Of a DNA stretch of 64,000 nucleotides, positions 39,112-50,131 are shown one piece after another (position 1 is the first letter of the stretch; the number at the start of each line of letters is the position of its first letter). A program made the position numbers and the translations under genes. The DNA comes from Paraspadella gotoi (taxonomy: Eukaryota; Animalia; Chaetognatha): contig CM119270.1 in assembly GCA_051294375.1 (NCBI GenBank), forward strand, positions 15,293,918 to 15,357,917, read 5' to 3'. Under the pieces are notes generated by a model that saw nothing but the letters and a program-made list of their open reading frames with translations, was not told the origin of the DNA and did not search any database.

Positions 39112-39277
39112 TTCTTTGGTCGGTCGCGGTGCTGCACCGGCGTCGGTCTCGTCCAATAACCGCGCCGCCGACGCCGCCGACGCAGAGTTGTCGCGAATCG
39201 GGCGTGAACTCTGCCAGATCGCCGACGAAATTCAAGAGGATTTCGAAAGGATGAGGAGGAGGAGAACTGCGAGGAGG
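39112..39277 (+). CDS. Second coding exon of the candidate BH3-only protein, carrying the BH3-like motif
   Basis: Acceptor ttttgctcccaattacag ends at 39111. The phase-2 join (AG+T = Ser) is in frame with the previous exon and gives SLVGRGAAPASVSSNNRAADAADAELSRIGRELCQIADEIQEDFERMRRRRTARR. Donor GTAAGT at 39278. Intron is 147 nt; the two exons give 164 codons. Confidence 0.8.
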
Positions 39278-39961
39278 GTAAGTGAAAGAGATGGAAGGAA
39301 AGGGGGGAGGAGGAAGGGTTAAATAAATATATATATAACACAAAGATAAGGTTTTTGTTGATTATTTCAAAAGGATAGCGTGAGCGGGGTTTTCATATCG
39401 CTCAGGAACAGTGGCTGGTAGATACTATTTGTACTATTTGTTAATTTTACAAAATAAATTCCCAGATAAATTTTTTTAGCAATTTAAAGTTACTCTTGTA
39501 AATTTCCTATTTTCGATTAAGATGATGAGACAATGAAGGGAGGATGTTAAAATTATCTTAGTTTTTTTTTCCGCGAAAATTTTTTTTCAAATAAGGACGA
39601 CTAAGCAGATTGCAGAAAATTGCGTCAATAACAAGTTGACAATCTAAAATATTGCTTACAATGATGTCATGTCTTTTATCTATACGTATGTATGAAAGCG
39701 TTTTATTCTCGCGACCTCAGTCGGACGAGGCTTTTTTTGTTTCGGCGGGCGATGACGTCAATTATTTGAAGAATTTACGTCAGACTCTGGCGTAATAAAG
39801 TCAACTGGAAGCGAGGCAATGTAGGCGCGGTCAATATCGTATAGTTAAGCTCCGTTGAACGGTGTCCACACTCAACACCTTTGGGCGAGAGAGTCGGGGA
39901 CATTAAAGGGAAACCGAGAGAAGGGAATTCTCGTTCAATCACAATTTGCCCTATAAATAAT

Positions 39962-40012
<51 letters not shown>

Positions 40013-40120
40013 AGAGATCGAGAGAAAGAGAGACGACCGAGGAGAGGAGAGAAGACAGACAGAGAAGACAGAGACGGTAATTCACGCCGAACGGGTGGTG
40101 CGACAGATTTCATCAAAATT

Positions 40121-42351
40121 GCATGGCGCGCCTGTGGCAGAAGCATTTTATGAGTCTCGTTTCTTTTAAATTACAGCGTGATTGGAAAAGAGACAAGACA
40201 CAAGGACGGGAAAGGAAGGCATCGCGGTACATAAAAATAAAAGGAAAGAGAAAGCAAACACGGAGGAAGAGACCGGAACATTGGCCGAGACAAAACAAGT
40301 TTAAGAAAATGAGAACTGGAATATCAATTGAATAGCGGCGAGGAAAAGGCAGATTAGGAAAAAACTTAGCTAATGGAGTGGTGAAACAATTGGAGGTAAA
40401 ACAATGAAGTGAAAAAGATAAAGATAGAAAGAAGAAAGTAAAGAAAGCCAAAAATAAGAAAGAAAGAAAGAAAGGAAAGAAGAAAGACAAGAAAGAAAAG
40501 AAAGATAAAGAAAGAAAGAAAAAGAAAGAAAGAAAGAAAGGAAAGAAAGAAAGAAAGCATCAAGCAAGCAAGCATGCAATCAACAAGCAGCAAGCAAGCA
40601 AAAAGTTAAAAACTCAAACCTCGATCACCTCGCTATTACATTGCTCACTGATTGAAGCTTTTCATTCCTTCCTTCCTTATTATCGCTCGCCTCCTCCCGT
40701 TAACCCGTTGCTTAAGGCCGCCATTTTTTCCGTAAATCGTTGCCAAGCGCCTCGATTTCCCTCGCAACCTCGTTTGCTAAGGTTCGCCGATCCCGTTCCC
40801 TACGGTTCTTCTCCGCCACGCCGCCGTTGCATAGCCGCTCGGACGCGTGCGTTGCCTAACTTTTCCGACCCGCTGCCGCGCCCGGCGCGTTATTGAGGTC
40901 TTACATATGCGCGTGCGAAGTCGTAATAAGCGGGAGAGAGAAAAAGGAGCAGGGAAAGAGAAAGGAAATCTTTTGACGTCTCGAGATTCGAGGAAAATAG
41001 CTGACCTAACTCTTTAATGCCTGAGACCGAAAGGTTATGTCTCCGCGCGACCGAGGAATTATTGGATGTCCAAGCTATAACAGCGAAAGGAGAAGAGGAG
41101 GGGAGGAGGAGGTAGGAGGAGTGAGGAGGATGAAAACACAACGACTTTGCGCTGGCTGACGAATATTCAGGCGACTAATAAACATCGAAATGAGAAGACG
41201 ATGACGATTCGGATGAGGGACGACGACGATAGAGAAGACCACGACGATGATGATGCTTGATTGACGACAATGAAGAAGATGACAAAGTTCATGAGGATTG
41301 TGAAGAAACAGGCCTCAAAGAGAAAACAAAAAAAATATAAATTGAAAAACTTCAACAACAAAAATTGTTGTAGAAGAAAAATATCCTTGCGAAAATAAAA
41401 CCTCAAAAACAAAACGCCGCCAAATTCAAAAAAAACGGAAATCGACTCCTTAAACATCTAGACAAAACAAATAAAAAACGAGAATAAAAAACAATCGAAA
41501 ACGAAGGTAAAACAAACGTCCATCGAAACCAAAAACAAACAGAAATTCGGACCGAAAAAAAAAACCGGAGAAAAGGCGGACGAGGGTCGTTCTTAATCAG
41601 CGCAACGACCTTTCCTTGTCCACTGCCCCACTGTGCTCTTAATGCCCCCCCCCTCCGCCCCTAAAACTCGCCGCAATTCAAATTCCCACTTTCGTCGCCC
41701 CCTCTCCCGCCATTTCGAGTTCCCCTGCCTTCCCCCCAAATAAAATAAAGCGGGTCTTGGCGAAGAGACGACGGTCGACACAAACAACTCCGGCGAACTT
41801 TTTGACAAGCGCTATAACAGGGAAGACTTTCGCAGGGAGTCAGGCGCTAAACAGGGAAGACTATCCGCAGGAGGTCAGGCGCTGGACAGGGAAGACTTCC
41901 GCGGGAAGTAAGCGCGCTGGACAGAGGGAATACTTCCGCAGGGAGCGCCAGGCGCTGGACAGGGGTAATGGGGCTGAGGAAGTAAATCAGGTAAGCGTTT
42001 CTTAAAACAGCGAATAAGGAACTAAGACCCTAGATTTGATGTCCAATGCGCTGGTCCAAGGGACGTTTGACAGCAACTTTTGTATGTGCAAGTTGGGGTC
42101 TTTTTTCGAACGGAGTTGTGAAAATAGAAGAAAAAAGGTAAAACAGGCCCAAACCTCAACTTAACATTTCAGCAGGGCGGCCGAAACAGGCGGATACCAA
42201 CACAAAGGGTCTAAAAGAGCCTTACCGGACACAATCAGTGGTGGACAAGTAAACCGGTTCAGCGGAAAGAGAGGGGGAGTCGTTTCGAGCATTTGCCGAA
42301 CAAAGAGAGGTCAATTAGAGAAGGTCGGTACCTCTCTCTCTCCTCTCTCTC
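40121..42351 (+). repeat. Block Y; inverted duplicate at ~55510-57959
   Basis: ORF 41757-42005(+) has the same translation as 55856-56104(-), and the flanks are reverse-complementary throughout. Confidence 0.9.
41808..41965. repeat. Minisatellite, ~34 bp x 4.5 (gcgctggacagggaagacttccgcagggagtcag); inverted copy at ~55896-56053
   Basis: Directly visible. Confidence 0.85.
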
Positions 42352-43254
42352 NNNNNNNNNNNNNNNNNNNNNNNNNGAGAGAGAGATCTAAGTATTGAAT
42401 TCAAATCTTCGATGAAGGACTAATTCTGGAATCCAGTTTTCCAGCAAACTAGGATAATAAATTTATAATGTAAACAAGTACGTAATGTTAACACCCTGTA
42501 AAACAAGTTGTTCACAAATTAGTGCCGACCTCGGTTAGTTAACGCCGACGACGCATTTTCCGCCAATGTCGGCCAAGTTTGGCGTCGACATCGAATAATC
42601 CTTTCCCTCTCTTTTTTTCTTTTTCTTTCTTTTTTTTGAAAATACAAAAGAAAAAAGAAACGAGGTGTTTGACCCTGAGGACCCGATGTTTGGCTGTAAA
42701 CAGAATCGAGAGCAAACTGTAATTGAATGCTCCACCTTATTCTCTCTCTCTCNNNNNNNNNNTCTCTCTCTGAAAGGTCAACGAAAGGCCCTACCTATGT
42801 CTCACCCTCGCGCCGCTCAATTACCTCACTCCTGACCTCTATAATCACCCAACGCTTAAAATCTCGCCGAGAGCCAGAGTTATCGCTCGACCCCTTCACC
42901 CTTGGTCCGACTCCTTATCTCGTTGTGCGGAATCTCTCTCTATCTCTCTCTCTCTCTCTCTCTTATCCTCTCTCCTCTCCTCGTCTCTCCTCTCTCTCTC
43001 GCTCTCTCTAAAATCATGGGTCGCTATATCCTGTGACCTATCACCTCGTTCTCTTACCACCCGATGTCACTTTCGCACCTTCGATCTCTGTCACACTCAA
43101 TCACCTCGGATTCAATCCCGCAATCACCCTACCTTTTCCCCGCTTTCTCCTCATTGACCTTCACCCCATGTAATTATGACGGAGTCACGGCCGTTCATTG
43201 CGGTCTCACTCCTTCTTCGGCCGCAACTCAAATCACCTCCCCACCGCCCCCCTT

Positions 43255-43367
43255 CGATCCGAGCGCATCCCCGAAAGTGATCTAGCATCGCCTGTCGAAG
43301 CAGGCCATCGCCGTTGGTTTCCATAACACGTTGAGACAGAGAGAGAGAGAAGAGAGAGAGAAGAGAG

Positions 43368-43419
<52 letters not shown>

Positions 43420-43870
43420 ACACAACAATGAAGCGATGAGAGGAAATGCGACGAGCTGGTGAAGGAAGTCAACGGAGGGGACAGGAATGTCGGTCGTCGA
43501 CTTCAAGTCGTCCTCGTCAAATCGGAAACGACATGGAGTGACATCCTATGACAATCTCTATTGATACTTTGCATGAATCAAAAAAGTACAGAATGATATT
43601 AGTTACACTAAGTAAAAAATCCTCACTCTTCTACCCCAATCACATTCAATCTAACGAATTTTTTCTCCAATTTTCCTTTCGCAACGACGACTTAAAATCT
43701 TCTGACCTTTTTCTTTTTCCCGCGCGCCGTATCTCGAGCTTGCGTTGCCCACGCTTTAACGATTCCAGAGAGTTATCTTTAACCCTTGCCTTTTTTTTCG
43801 TCCGCTAATCGACCGATTGAAATCTTTACTTCATATATACTCGATCCGGCGATCTCTAAATCCTTACGGT
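43255..43870 (+). repeat. Block Z; direct duplicate at ~54802-55505
   Basis: cgatcc..gcgcatccccgaa.gtgatctag through tctaaa.tc.ttacg is shared by both copies. Confidence 0.8.
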
Positions 43871-44135
43871 CTGCCGTAACTTTTGTGATCTCGGTCCTTT
43901 TCAACTTTTTCGCCCCTTTTCTCTTGCTGTATACTTCAAAATCCTTACAACAGTGCTCTTCTCCTCCAGCGCTCCTCCCTGCCTGCCCTGCCCTTCACTC
44001 CAGTGCCCCTTTCCTTCTTCTCTCTTCCGATGGAGCGGAAAAGGGCAAAAAACGGTCAGAAATTTGTCCGACTGGGTCACTCGGTGGCGAAAATCCGGCG
44101 TTCCCAAAGTGTGGGTTTATGAACCAAGAAGACAC

Positions 44136-44172
<37 letters not shown>

Positions 44173-44209
44173 GAGAAAGAGAGAGAGAGAGAAAGAGGTT
44201 ACCATTGAT

Positions 44210-45290
44210 AATGGGTTACCGCGGCGAACCGCATGTACAGGGGGCTCATGGGGCCATAAAACTTATGCAGGGCAAAAGATTGGCTTCACTTTTGACCCTG
44301 AGTTTTATTGCGTGTTGGGCATTGGTTATATCCTTTATTGACGAGTGACTGGAGTCGGATTTGATTGTCCCGTTATATGTGAAGTCAGGACGTCATACTC
44401 CAAAGCGTTTGGTGGCACTTTTTACTTGTCTCAAGAATGCGCGCTATCCATTTGGAACCACTGAGGGATATATAAGCTCTGCAGTTCTTGAAGTGCCTTT
44501 GAACGTTTTCCGTGCTCGACGCGCCGGATGTCAAGCGTCTTTGGAGCGACAATGGCACAAACTTCGTGGGTGCACCCAAAGAGTTGGATGAGTGCTCTAC
44601 ACAAGTGGAACCAAGAGGCCGAAGAACAGTTCAAGCATCATCATATTCAAGTGGCTCTTCAATCCTGCTGAGGCGCCCATTGGGGGAGGCGCCTGGAATC
44701 TTGCTCGTCAAGATTGAGAAAGCGTTTATTGTCCCTTATTCAGGGAAAAGACCGTCTCGACGTCGTATCACGAGCCCCTACTTTTGCTCAGTGGAGAACA
44801 TTGTGAATGATGCCGTCCTATTACGAAGGGAATCCTATAGCGCGGAAGGATCCGCCCGCCCGCCTTATGTGCCCGTCCATGTTGCTGTTCCCGGTCTTCC
44901 TGCCTTCTGGTGGCGCCTCTGGAACTTGGGTCGTCTCCTCCGATGTCTTTGATGGACAGTGGCGCCCCGCCGCAGCTGCATGGCAGAAAGCTACGTGCCC
45001 TTGCTGAATGAGTTTTGGAAGCGGTGGCGCTATGAGTATATTGCGCCCGAGCTGCAACAGCGCCAGAAAGGGACGAGTCAACACGCAAATCGATCAAAGA
45101 GGGCGACATCGTTTATCTATTCTCGGAGACGACAAGCCTACCTCGGTCCATTGGAGTCCTTTGCCATATATAGAGGACGCCGCTCGGATGGCACTCAGTG
45201 CGCCGTGTCCGAGTCCGTACGGCAAAAGGAACTGTCCCTTCGACCGAGATCGCTCCAACGGTAGCTTGGTCCTCCCTCGGAAGCCATAAG
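44210..45290 (+). mobile_element. Degenerate BEL/Pao LTR-retrotransposon integrase region
   Basis: Motifs across frameshifts: PLYVKSGRHTPKR.VALFTCL, RAIHLE-like, LWSDNGTNFVGA, W.FNP..AP..GGAWE, LNEFWKRWRYEYI..LQQRQK. The order and content are typical of a BEL/Pao integrase and its C-terminal domain. Confidence 0.88.
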
Positions 45291-45540
45291 AGACGGGAGA
45301 AAGGAACCTTGGATATTTCTGATTCTATCAATGCTTAGATTTTTATCTGTGTAAGTGTACATTTTATTTGTAGATGTTTTTAACCATTTTTTATCGCAGA
45401 TGATTTTACGCATTTTTTTATTTATAGATTGGTTTTAATCTTTTTAGTATGATTAGTCCCTAATTGTTTTAGCGCTAACGCCGATCATTTACTTGTTCGC
45501 TTTTATTATCGATGCGGAAACCCCCTGATGGCGGGGGTAA

Positions 45541-45726
45541 TGGAGAAAGCGATACCCTTTATTGCGCGTATAATTGTTTTAGGTTTCGTTTAGATCGATA
45601 GAATCATTTGTTTCCGTTGAATTATCTGAATTTACTCTTCCCCGGCGATCAGCTGTTATTAGAGCTTATACGAACGAGCGTGTTCAGTTTTATCTTTCAC
45701 GAAGTCTTTTACTCTCAATATCAACA
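45541..45726 (+). mobile_element. Possible 3' LTR of the BEL/Pao element
   Basis: Follows an AT-rich tail and the purine-rich ggcgggggtaa (PPT-like); begins TG and ends ...tcaaca. No second LTR in the window to confirm it. Confidence 0.3.
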
Positions 45727-46314
45727 GTGTGGTAAGAAATGAAAGGAAATACTTAATAATGATTTGTACTACTTTACTGCTAAAATGTTTTAATTCTCTA
45801 TTCTGGAACCCAAATTGAAAAGGTTAGTTATCATTGGATTTATATTGAGATTGTAGCTTAGGTTATATAGTTACTTTAAGTTTAAGGTATTAAAGTTTAT
45901 ACTAATGGTTAGCGATTGTCTATTTTTTGGGTAGTTTTAACATTGGCCTTGCCCCATCTACTTGAACCCTCTTCTTGCCTTACCTGTCCTTCTACATGCT
46001 TGACATGAATTATTTGTACCTGAGATTGGAAATTGTATTATCGTCAAAATGTGGCTACTATTTTGCTTTATTACATGGTTCCTAAGATAGATAAGGTTAT
46101 AGTTAAGGTGTGTTTACCATGTTAGAAAACTGTTTTGGTTTCCAAAGGATACTTATTTGAGAGTAGTTGAACACGGGATTGAATTCAATAATTAATTAGG
46201 GCACAAATTAGGGCATCTAGAAGAAGTAGAAGATGAAGACTTAGACTTGTTTTACTTTGCGATAATGCGTCGGAATTGTCTAGGTCGGGCCGGCGCGTTA
46301 AGAAGCGCTTCAGG

Positions 46315-46745
46315 GGGAAAATGAAGATGGGATTGGGAATGAAAAGAAATGGATTGGGGAATGTAGAAGTGGACTGGGGAATGTAAGATGGGATTGGGGG
46401 AAGAAAGAATGGATTCGGGGAATGTAAGAAATGGAATTGGGAATGTAAGAATGGATTGGGAATGTAAGAAATGGATTGGGGAATGTTAAGAATGGATTGG
46501 GGAATGTAAGAATGGATTGGGGAATGAAAGATGGGATTGGGGGAATGAAAAGATGGGATTGGGGGGGAAATGTAGAGATGGGATTGGGGGAATGAAGAGA
46601 TGGGATTGGGGGAAATGTAAGAAATGGATTGGGGGATGAACAGAATGGATTGGGAATGAAAGATGGGATTGGGGAATGAAAGATGGGATGGGGATGTAAA
46701 GAAGGATTGGGGGAAAGAAAGATGGGATTAGGGGAGATGAAGAGT
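46315..46745. repeat. Minisatellite, ~21 bp unit (ggggaatgtaagaatggatt)
   Basis: About 20 degenerate copies. Confidence 0.9.
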
Positions 46746-47099
46746 GAGGGCAGAGGATAATTTTGCTGTGATGACAATGTGTTTTGAGAGAACGCACAAA
46801 AACGCATCTGTTTACCAAAAAGCAATAATAGTCCTTTGTTGCATGTGACGAATAAGATTGGATTAGAAAAGATGGGATTCATAAGACGAAATAAGATAGT
46901 TGTGTAATATAAATAAAAAATTATTGGGAAAGGGAAAATGTGTATTAATATTTATTGTGCGTCTATCATTGATAATATGTAACCAAGATTTTGACTCCGC
47001 TACTTATTAATATTAATCGTTCTATATTGTACAACGTGCATAAAAGGTGTAACAACAGACGACTCTTTGAAATTTCTATTTTCCGGTCGTGAAGAACCA

Positions 47100-47650
47100 A
47101 ACTTGGATTAAAGGATCCGGAAAACTGGGAAAGAGAAATAGAGATAGAAGTTAGTATAGTTAAAAAGAAAGGAAAAAAAACAGCCCAGAAGGGAAAGTGA
47201 GCTATCTGGTCGTTGTCTAATTGATGGAATTCTCTGCCATTCGTTTCTTTTCTCTTTGGTTTCTGTCTTCGATTCAAATTGTTCTTCTCTGTCCAAATTG
47301 TGTTTCTTCATTATTTCAGCATAAACAAGGAACGGTTATTCCAGAGTGTTGGCGGGCCGGCAAATTACTTATCTTTTTAGCTTCTTATATCATTGTTATT
47401 CTGTTAAATAGTTTATAAGCATTCGTGCTGCTCTTTAAAACGGACATACCCAGGAACCGGACCGACGGGACGTTGCGCGACCGAAAAAGTGACTTTAATA
47501 AGAAGTTGCTGTCCGCGAGTACTCGCGGGTGCAACTCTGGATAAAAAATTTCGTATCTCCTTAATTGGATGTTTTTCTTTTCGTACGTTACGCGTTGAGG
47601 ACGGAACTCTATCAGACCACCACGGGCCCACGCCCTTATCTGTCTGTCGG
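47100..47650 (+). mobile_element. Possible highly degenerate non-LTR (LINE) reverse transcriptase remnant
   Basis: Fragments GTVIPECWRAGKL, IVILLNSL.YK and CFSFRTLRVEDGTLSD resemble LINE RT motifs (G.IP..W, YRPI.LL...YK, FL..R...V..G.LS) in the expected order. Confidence 0.4.
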
Positions 47651-47948
47651 GTGTCTAAACGTTTAATGTTTTAAGCACACCGACGAGAAAGAAAAATGTT
47701 ACGTAAAAAGGTTTGATGGTCTGAATTACACTCCATTTTCCGGAGGCCGCGATGAAAAAGTCACAAATAGGAAAGGAGGAAGAGGACCGCAGCAAGCAGA
47801 AGCAGCAGGAGGCGCGAGGAAAATCAATAGAAAAGAAAGAATGATGGATCCGGTGATTTGAGGCGATCAAATTAGTCCTTATTTTCATCCCATCGGTTTT
47901 CCTGTTTTACAATTCCATCTCCCCCTGGGCCCGCTACCGCACTTCTAG

Positions 47949-48127
47949 AAAGGTGGGACTTGGTCGACATGGTCATCCGACCCAGCATGTTGGGCCTCAA
48001 GATTATCCTGGAGGCCGAAGACACCCGTTTTCTACAAGTCGGAGAAAACGGGCAGAGGACACTGGGGCAAGAATTTGGATCGCCGCAGGCCCCGCACCGT
48101 CATAGTGCGCTTACAAGCTTTGGCAAA
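47949..48127 (+). CDS. PITPNM: PITPNM/Nir2/rdgB-alpha-like gene, PITP-domain exon (frameshifted in the assembly)
   Basis: Reading across indels gives VDMV..DP..DY.LEAEDTR.YKSEKTGRG.LG...W....CAYKL.K, matching the PITP-domain motifs EDP..Y.S.KTGRGPL..W and MCAYKLCK. Acceptor ttctag ends 47948; donor GTGAGT at 48128. Confidence 0.85.
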
Positions 48128-48491
48128 GTGAGTGGAACGACGTTAGGGGCCGGTGGTGATTGGTAGAATTTTAATTTGCTGCTCATAATTAATGGTAAAA
48201 TATGATTTGGTTAAGTTTACAAAACTCTATTTGACATGCACGTTTTTATTGATGAATACAGGTGAGGAATAATTTCCGTATTAATCATTTGTATATGATT
48301 TAATAATTAGTTTCACTTTCGGTTACCAGAAGTTCAGAAAAATTAAATGACATCTTAAAGTAAATTAATTTCTGTTACCTTCATACAAAATGATCTAATT
48401 CATTCAGCCATACCTGTCCATGATTTTGACTCTGGACAAGATTAATGACACTTTGGCATGTGATCGTTTTTACCATGCTTGCCTTCGGCAG

Positions 48492-48710
48492 GTGTGAGTT
48501 TCCGCTTACTGGGGCATCGCCAGAGCAAATTGGAGAAGTGTCATCACGACCGGTACGTCCTCCAGGAAGACGATGCTGCGGCGCCGCATCGTCAGGCGTG
48601 GGCCGTGGCAGGACGAGTGGTCGGACTCACCATCGCTGACATCCGTCTCCTCGAACTCGAAGCTCAGGAAGGAATTGGCCGAAAGGATGAGGGAGTTCGC
48701 TGAGAAAAGT
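48492..48710 (+). CDS. PITPNM: PITPNM/rdgB-alpha-like exon, end of the PITP domain (frameshifted)
   Basis: Across indels: VEFRYWG.QSKLEK..HD..LRKTMLR.HRQAW.WQDEW.GLTIADIRLLELEAQKELAERMREFA. This matches the class IIA PITP signature VEFRYWGMQ..IE.FIHD...R..MLRAHRQAW.WQDEW..L...DIR. Acceptor cag ends 48491. Confidence 0.9.
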
Positions 48711-49475
48711 GTGAGACCCTCTTTCCTCTCTCTCTCCTCTCTCTCAGTCTCTCTCGGTCTCTCTCTCTCCCTCTCTCAGCACACACTCAGAAATGTGAGA
48801 ACTCTCTCTCTCCTCCTTCTCTCTCTCTCGGCATCTCTCTCTCCCTTCCTCTCTCTCGCCCTCTCACAACACGGACACCTCAGAAATGTGAGACTCTGCG
48901 TCCTCCTCTCACCTCGGTCGTGATCTCTCCTTCCTCTCTCACACACACACTCAGGAAATGTGAGACTCCTCCTCGTCTGCTCTCTCTCACACACACACAC
49001 AACACACCAATTGATAGGCAAAAAGCCAAAATGCTAATTACGTACCTTTTTTTGTATTTTCGGGAGAAAAGCGCCAACTATTTTGATTATGCAATAAATT
49101 AATTCATGAATGATTAGATTTCTTTTTAGTTTCTGGCTTCAAATATTTTTCAGTCTCTCTCTCTCGTCTCTCTCTCGTCTCTCTCTCTCTCTCTTCTCAC
49201 ACACAGAAAATGTGAGACTCTCTCAACACACACACTCACAGAAATGTGAGTCTCTCTCTTCTCTCTCTCTCTCTCCTCACACACACAGAAATGTGAGACT
49301 CCTCTCTCTCTGCCACACACACACACACAAATATAAGAAAAAGCCAAAAATCTAATTACGTATCCTTTTTTCGTATTTCGAAAAGCGCAAATATTTTGAT
49401 TAAAGCAAAATAATTAATTCATGAATCGAATTAATTTCTTTTTTTAGGAGTTTTCTGGCTCAATATTTTTCAGGC
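48705..49475. repeat. Intronic composite repeat: cagaaatgtgagactc core alternating with CT/CA runs, plus a ~140 bp local duplication (49020-49155 vs 49335-49473)
   Basis: About 7 core copies visible. Confidence 0.8.
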
Positions 49476-49529
49476 CTTTTTTTTATTCTTTTCCATCTTT
49501 TCCTCATCCCTTCTTTATCCTCCCATTCC

Positions 49530-49860
49530 GTCTCCCCTCTCCCTCCCAAACCCACTTCTCTCCTCCCAACCCCACCCTTCTCTCCCTCGCCACCCCACTT
49601 CTCTCTCTCCCAAACCCACCTTCGTGCTCCCTCCCACCCCGCACCTTCTCCTCCTTCCACCCCACCTTCTCTTCTCCCCATCCACCAGCCTTCTCTCCTT
49701 CCACCCCAACTTCTCCTCCCTCCCACCCACCTTCTCATCCCTCCACCCCACCTTCTCTCCCCTCCACCCCACCTTCTCTCCCTCCACCCCACCTTCTCTC
49801 CCTCCCACTCACATCTTCTCTCCCTACCCCAGCCCACCCTTCTACTCCCTTCTACCCTTT
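49530..49860. repeat. Minisatellite, ~21 bp (ccaccccaccttctctccct)
   Basis: Directly visible; abuts the exon acceptor at 49864. Confidence 0.85.
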
Positions 49861-49864
49861 TCAG

Positions 49865-50131
49865 GAAGACGCCGACTCCTCCACGTCCGCCACCCGCGAT
49901 CGCGCCATCCTCCACATCTTCCACGCCCATGCGGGCCGCGCATCAACGCGTCGGCGGCAGCGGCGGAGCGCCCTGGAGACGGCCGATCCCGCGCCTGCGC
50001 CGCTGTCCAGCGACAAGGCGCGGCGCGTTGACGCGGCCCATCGACGCACTTGGAGTCCGAGAAGTGAGGGCCTCTCGTGGAGGATGCGCGCCATCGCTCC
50101 AGGATGATGACGACGACTCAGATTCCTTCCA
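49865..50131 (+). CDS. Probable PITPNM linker exon (Pro/Ser-rich, ending in acidic DDDDDSDSF)
   Basis: GC-rich block between ccttttcag| and |gtgagg. Lies between the PITP exons and the FFAT exon. Frame uncertain because of indels. Confidence 0.6.

Larger units (their letters stand above)
37450..40120 (+). repeat. Block X (contains the BH3-like gene); direct duplicate at ~57985-60583
   Basis: Collinear. The last ~290 bp (39830-40120 vs ~60293-60583) look identical; the rest differs by indels. Confidence 0.9.

Noticed and set aside
41808-41965. Regularly spaced ~34-bp repeats as a CRISPR array
   Set aside because: Units are contiguous and degenerate with no unique spacers, no cas genes are present, and the context is eukaryotic.
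46310-46882. 190-aa Pro/Phe/Ile repeat protein
   Set aside because: Translation of a minisatellite.
48705-49330. Conserved 16-bp core separated by variable spacers (CRISPR-like look)
   Set aside because: The spacers are CT/CA microsatellite variants, so this is an intronic composite repeat.
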